Notes under the pieces: model-generated
What the model saw: only the letters and a program-made list of their open reading frames with translations
Told to the model about the DNA's origin: nothing
Database searches by the model: none
Position numbers and translations under genes: made by a program
Part shown: positions 59,896 to 64,000 of the stretch, in pieces
Layout: the number at the start of each line of letters is the position of its first letter
Numbering within the stretch: the stretch's first letter is position 1
From: the human T2T-CHM13v2.0 reference genome, Homo sapiens
Assembly: GCF_009914755.1 (NCBI RefSeq)
Contig: NC_060927.1
Strand: one strand, 5' to 3'
Length of the DNA stretch: 64,000 nt

Positions 59896-60099
59896 TATAT
59901 TAATAATAATAATAAATTATGTATTATTCAAAGTATTATTTTGGGAAAAGATGAAATTTTACTGCAGTGGCTAAATGAATTTGGTAAAAGGGTGCCAAAG
60001 TTTCAGGAAGTAACCTGATTTCTTTTATTCAAACTCTATTATGAGACCATCTCACAATGTTTGTTTTTAAATACTTAAGAAGGGAAATAATTTTGGTGC

Positions 60100-60191
60100 A
60101 CAAGGTCTAGTGAGTTGAAAAGAGACTGCATTTCTAGTAAGTTTCCACATGCTGACACTGCTGGTTCATGGACCACACTTTATGAACCACT
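60100..60191 (+). mobile_element. MER5-type hAT 3' fragment
   Basis: CTGCATTTCTAGTAAG...GCTGGTTCATGGACCACACTTTATGAACCACTG. Confidence 0.7.
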
Positions 60192-61035
60192 GCTATAAGT
60201 TATTTGGTCCATCTTTCTTTCTTGGTCATTTGTTTATTGCAGTCCATCTTGTGAGAATAAATCTATACCTAGAGGGAATAAATCCACATGAAATAATGAA
60301 ACACTATTTTAAGGTAAGGAGTGCCTCCAAATTATTTGCAATAAGTTAGTTCTTTTTATCTTGACTTTGACAACCTGATTCACTGACCTAAGCTCATTAA
60401 CCCTAATGATTCTGAATCTTAGGATAAATCTCCTACTGGATCTATATCTGCTTATAGTACTTTAGGACCACAAAACTCTTGCTATCTGGAAAGACCAAAT
60501 GGCATCAATTTTATGAATGGATGAAATGTTTCTGTGCTCTGAATAGTTCAGGCTTTAACAAAGGTTCAGTCACTAAATACTTTGCCCATTGACATAAAAA
60601 GGTCTGAATCACCTCCCACTTCTACCCCTCCTCAGTCACAACCATGAAAAGAGGTCTTTGCATTTTGATGTGTTCTTAACCTTTCAAGGGCCTTAAGAAG
60701 ATTTAATGACACCCTGGGAAGAATGACTTTGACCCCTAGCTTGAGTTCTATACTTAACTCTACCCCATGTTCTACCTTTCTGGTTATCCCTACTGGTCCC
60801 ACACACAAAAATGATCCTACTTGAAATTAATGTTTACTACAGATTCATCAGTATCTGCTATGGGCTTGCAAAGTATTTTAAAATCGATTTCTCCTTTAGC
60901 TGTTCCCTTGATTTTTGGTCCTTGCGATGTTACTGCCTTACAAACCCTGAGAGTGGTTCTTCTGGCTTTTCTTTATCTGATCTTTTTCTAATGTTTATGT
61001 CTTACAATATCAATTGTCACTTCTTTAGCTAGCTG

Positions 61036-61037
<2 letters not shown>

Positions 61038-61076
<39 letters not shown>

Positions 61077-61196
61077 GTAGAGATGGGGGTCTCACTGTGT
61101 TGCTCAGACTGGTATCAAACTCCAACGCTCAAGCAATTCTGTTGCCTCAGCTTTCCAAAGTGCTGGGATTACAGATGTGAGCCACTGTGCCTGGCC
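61038..61196 (-). mobile_element. FLAM/Alu left monomer with an (ATT)13 tail at 61038-61076
   Basis: GTAGAGATGGGGGTCTCAC...GAGCCACTGTGCCTGGCC; no right arm. Confidence 0.85.
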
Positions 61197-61203
61197 ATGT
61201 TTG

Positions 61204-61208
<5 letters not shown>

Positions 61209-61234
<26 letters not shown>
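61209..61234. repeat. (GT)13 microsatellite
   Basis: seen directly. Confidence 0.92.
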
Positions 61235-61261
61235 TTCTTTTTCTTTATTTTCTTTCCTTTT

Positions 61262-61262
<1 letters not shown>

Positions 61263-61304
<42 letters not shown>

Positions 61305-61413
61305 TCTGTAGAGACGAGGTCTCACCATGTTGCCCAGGCTGGTCTCAAACTCCTGGGCTCAAGTGATCTTCTTGCTTTGGCCTCCCAAAGTGCTAGGATT
61401 ATAGGCACTGGCC
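61263..61413 (-). mobile_element. FLAM_C/Alu left monomer with a (TTG)13 tail at 61263-61301
   Basis: GTAGAGACGAGGTCTCACC...CTCCTGGGCTCAAGTGATC...AGGCACTGGCC. Confidence 0.85.
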
Positions 61414-62779
61414 TAGTTCTCACTCATTTTTTACAAATCTTTCTAGCTTTATCTTCACTGCTAAGGACATAGAGTGAATTTTTCCTGCTAGTTCTCTCAA
61501 ACCAGGTTTATATTTGGTTGTCACATTTGATGATTGGCTTATATAACATATGATAAAAATATATCTGGGTTTTCACATGATTCCTGAAGTTTCAGTTAGT
61601 GATTGCTCTTGTTCTCATTCAGTTTTCATTATTTTCTTAATAATTTTTCTATCTGGATTTACTTGAATTGTATCATTTGAATTTTACTTCGCTTATTTTT
61701 TTTTGTAATTTTGACCATCTGAATATTTTCCCTTTTTTAAAATTTGCAATTGTATTTTTAAAATTTTATAAACATATATCATTTTCCTATGTGTATAGGA
61801 GCTAGGTCTTCACTTTTGCCAACAGGGACAGACAAATGTATAATGGTCTGCAGCTGAAGGTATTACATACTAACTTATGATATTCAAACAATCTTTTGTA
61901 TAACCGCCACTGATTTAACAGCAAAAAGGATTATTGTGTTATTATTTGAGGGTTTTTAATATGGAAACCTGCTGCTCCTAGTTTCTATCTTTTTTTTCTA
62001 TGCTCTAGTCCTTCCTCCTTTCCTTAACTCTCAATGCCTTCAGAGAACCCTCTGCTATCACAATTCCTAAATCCCTCTCCAAGCCTTGCCCCTTTCTCAC
62101 TCACACAAGAATGCATCCAAGTGGAATCTGCTTTTAGAATCCTTTTCTGAACTTCACTGATGCTTCCATGAAAATTGACTGGTCCTTTGCCTCTCTTGGT
62201 GCTGTTAGTATATCAGATAAGTGAGCTTATCTGTGTCTGATAATGTATCTTTTAATAATAATAAATGGACACCATATGAATGGAACATGATGGTGTCTTA
62301 GAGTGTGGCTGGACAGTCCAAGGACTGTCTAGAATCAGGAACTGGAGAGCTATCGGGCATTTGAGCAACTATTCCACTTGTTTACTCCCCTGTGGATAAT
62401 ATGGTTTCTTGTCTGTTGCATTCATCTCTTATATGAACAACACAACTGTTTCTCCATGCACATGTCCATGCTAGAGCTCACAATTTCATGTTTGTAGTAG
62501 AAAACTACATTATCAGTCTCTTTGTTACAAGTCAATAGGATAGAGATGTTGACCCAGGCTGGTGCCGATGGTCTAGCAATTTCCAGGAGAAAGTGGCGTG
62601 TAGGACAATTACAACTGTTGAGGCCAACCCCTGGAAGTGAGGACAAATCTGAGATGAACGTGGATTTTCAGTCATGGTAAATAAACATGGTTATTTAGGT
62701 TCTATTTATAAATATGTTTATATGAATCTTTATAAAAATAAGACTTGCATATGATAAAACAAAACATATTCAGATAGTC

Positions 62780-63094
<315 letters not shown>

Positions 63095-63174
63095 TAATAC
63101 CAAATGAAAATAAAATTTACCATCCCATCCCATCCCTGAAGTAACCATTTTTTAATTTTTTAGTTTGAGTGATG

Positions 63175-64000
63175 GTTTTCTTTTTAAATTTTTTTTCTTA
63201 CATACAGGAAAGAGTTACTTAAGGTGAAGCATCACACATTTTCATAAAGTTAACACACTCATGTTGTCAGTATCTGGATCAAGAATTTGCATGTTACCAG
63301 CACCATGAAAACCTCCCTCAGTCATCACTCCTCTGCCCAAATGTAACCACTACTTTGCCTTCCAATACCTGAGACTAGTTTCTCCCGTTTTTATTTTACA
63401 AATGGAATTATACATACTTAAGTTTTTTTGTCTGGTTTTTTTGCTCAACATTATGTCTTAGAGCGTTTATCTGTGTTAATTTGCATTATTGTTAATTTCT
63501 TTGTTCTCACTGCTGTACTCAATTGTTTGAGAATACTATCTCCATTCTAATGGGGCTGGAAACTTGACTTATTATTTCCAGTATTTGGTAATTTCAATGA
63601 AAGCTGCTAGATATATTCTTTTACGTATCCTTAGCTATACATATATGCACATGCCTGTTGGATGTACACCAAGAAGAGGTATTGCTGGGTCATGGGGCCA
63701 ATTTATGATAAACTATAGCAAGTAGCTTTCCAAAGTGCTGTAGCAATTTTACACTCTGATAATCAGCATATGAGAATGATAGGTTTTCTAGATCCTAGAC
63801 AGTAAGTGGGATTATTAGACATTTTCATCTTAGCCTTTGGCTATATAATCATATTCCATGGTGGTTTTAGTTTGCATCTTCCTATGATTATTATGGTTGA
63901 ACATCCTTTCATATGAATTTTTTTCAGAAAGTGATAAAGTATTTTGCAAATGTCTTGTTTCTATTTTTATTATTGATACATATTCTTATTGATATATGCT
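63175..64000 (-). mobile_element. L1ME 3' region, running off the window end
   Basis: TACAAATGGAATTATACAT...GTATTGCTGGGTCATGG...TTTCCAAAGTGCTGTAGCAATTTACACTC. Confidence 0.75.

Noticed and set aside
61083-61472. 129-aa ORF with poly-Leu and VC repeats
   Set aside because: Artefact of (TTG)n, (GT)n and FLAM sequence.

Overview
AT-rich, CpG-depleted primate (most likely human) genomic DNA dominated by interspersed repeats. The species call is inferred from an AluY-lineage copy with intact CpGs and an L1PA2-like copy. I find no intact cellular protein-coding gene, RNA gene or CRISPR-like array. The long ORFs in the track are broken LINE-1 ORF2 pieces or read-throughs of Alu/LTR sequence. The window holds about 13 dimeric Alus plus two monomers, three young 5'-truncated L1PA copies, long stretches of ancient L1M, many solo LTRs (MaLR, ERV1, ERVL, LTR12) and hAT/Tigger fossils, often nested and many with readable target-site duplications (TSDs). 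Best observations: (1) an L1PA2-like insertion whose TSD encloses an extra 173-bp sequence ending in AATAAA, i.e. a 3' transduction; (2) a near-consensus AluYc1-like insertion that may be polymorphic; (3) a cluster of templated-insertion scars at 13.0-13.5 kb, including a 60-bp local copy framed by a perfect 27-bp inverted repeat; (4) a THE1B/LTR12 junction cut by an apparent deletion; (5) candidate enhancers in repeat-free DNA, one with a SOX-dimer-type palindrome. None of these is a new biological system; they are instances of known mechanisms worth checking. Repeat family names come from my recollection of consensus sequences, not from a search, and need RepeatMasker/Dfam confirmation.
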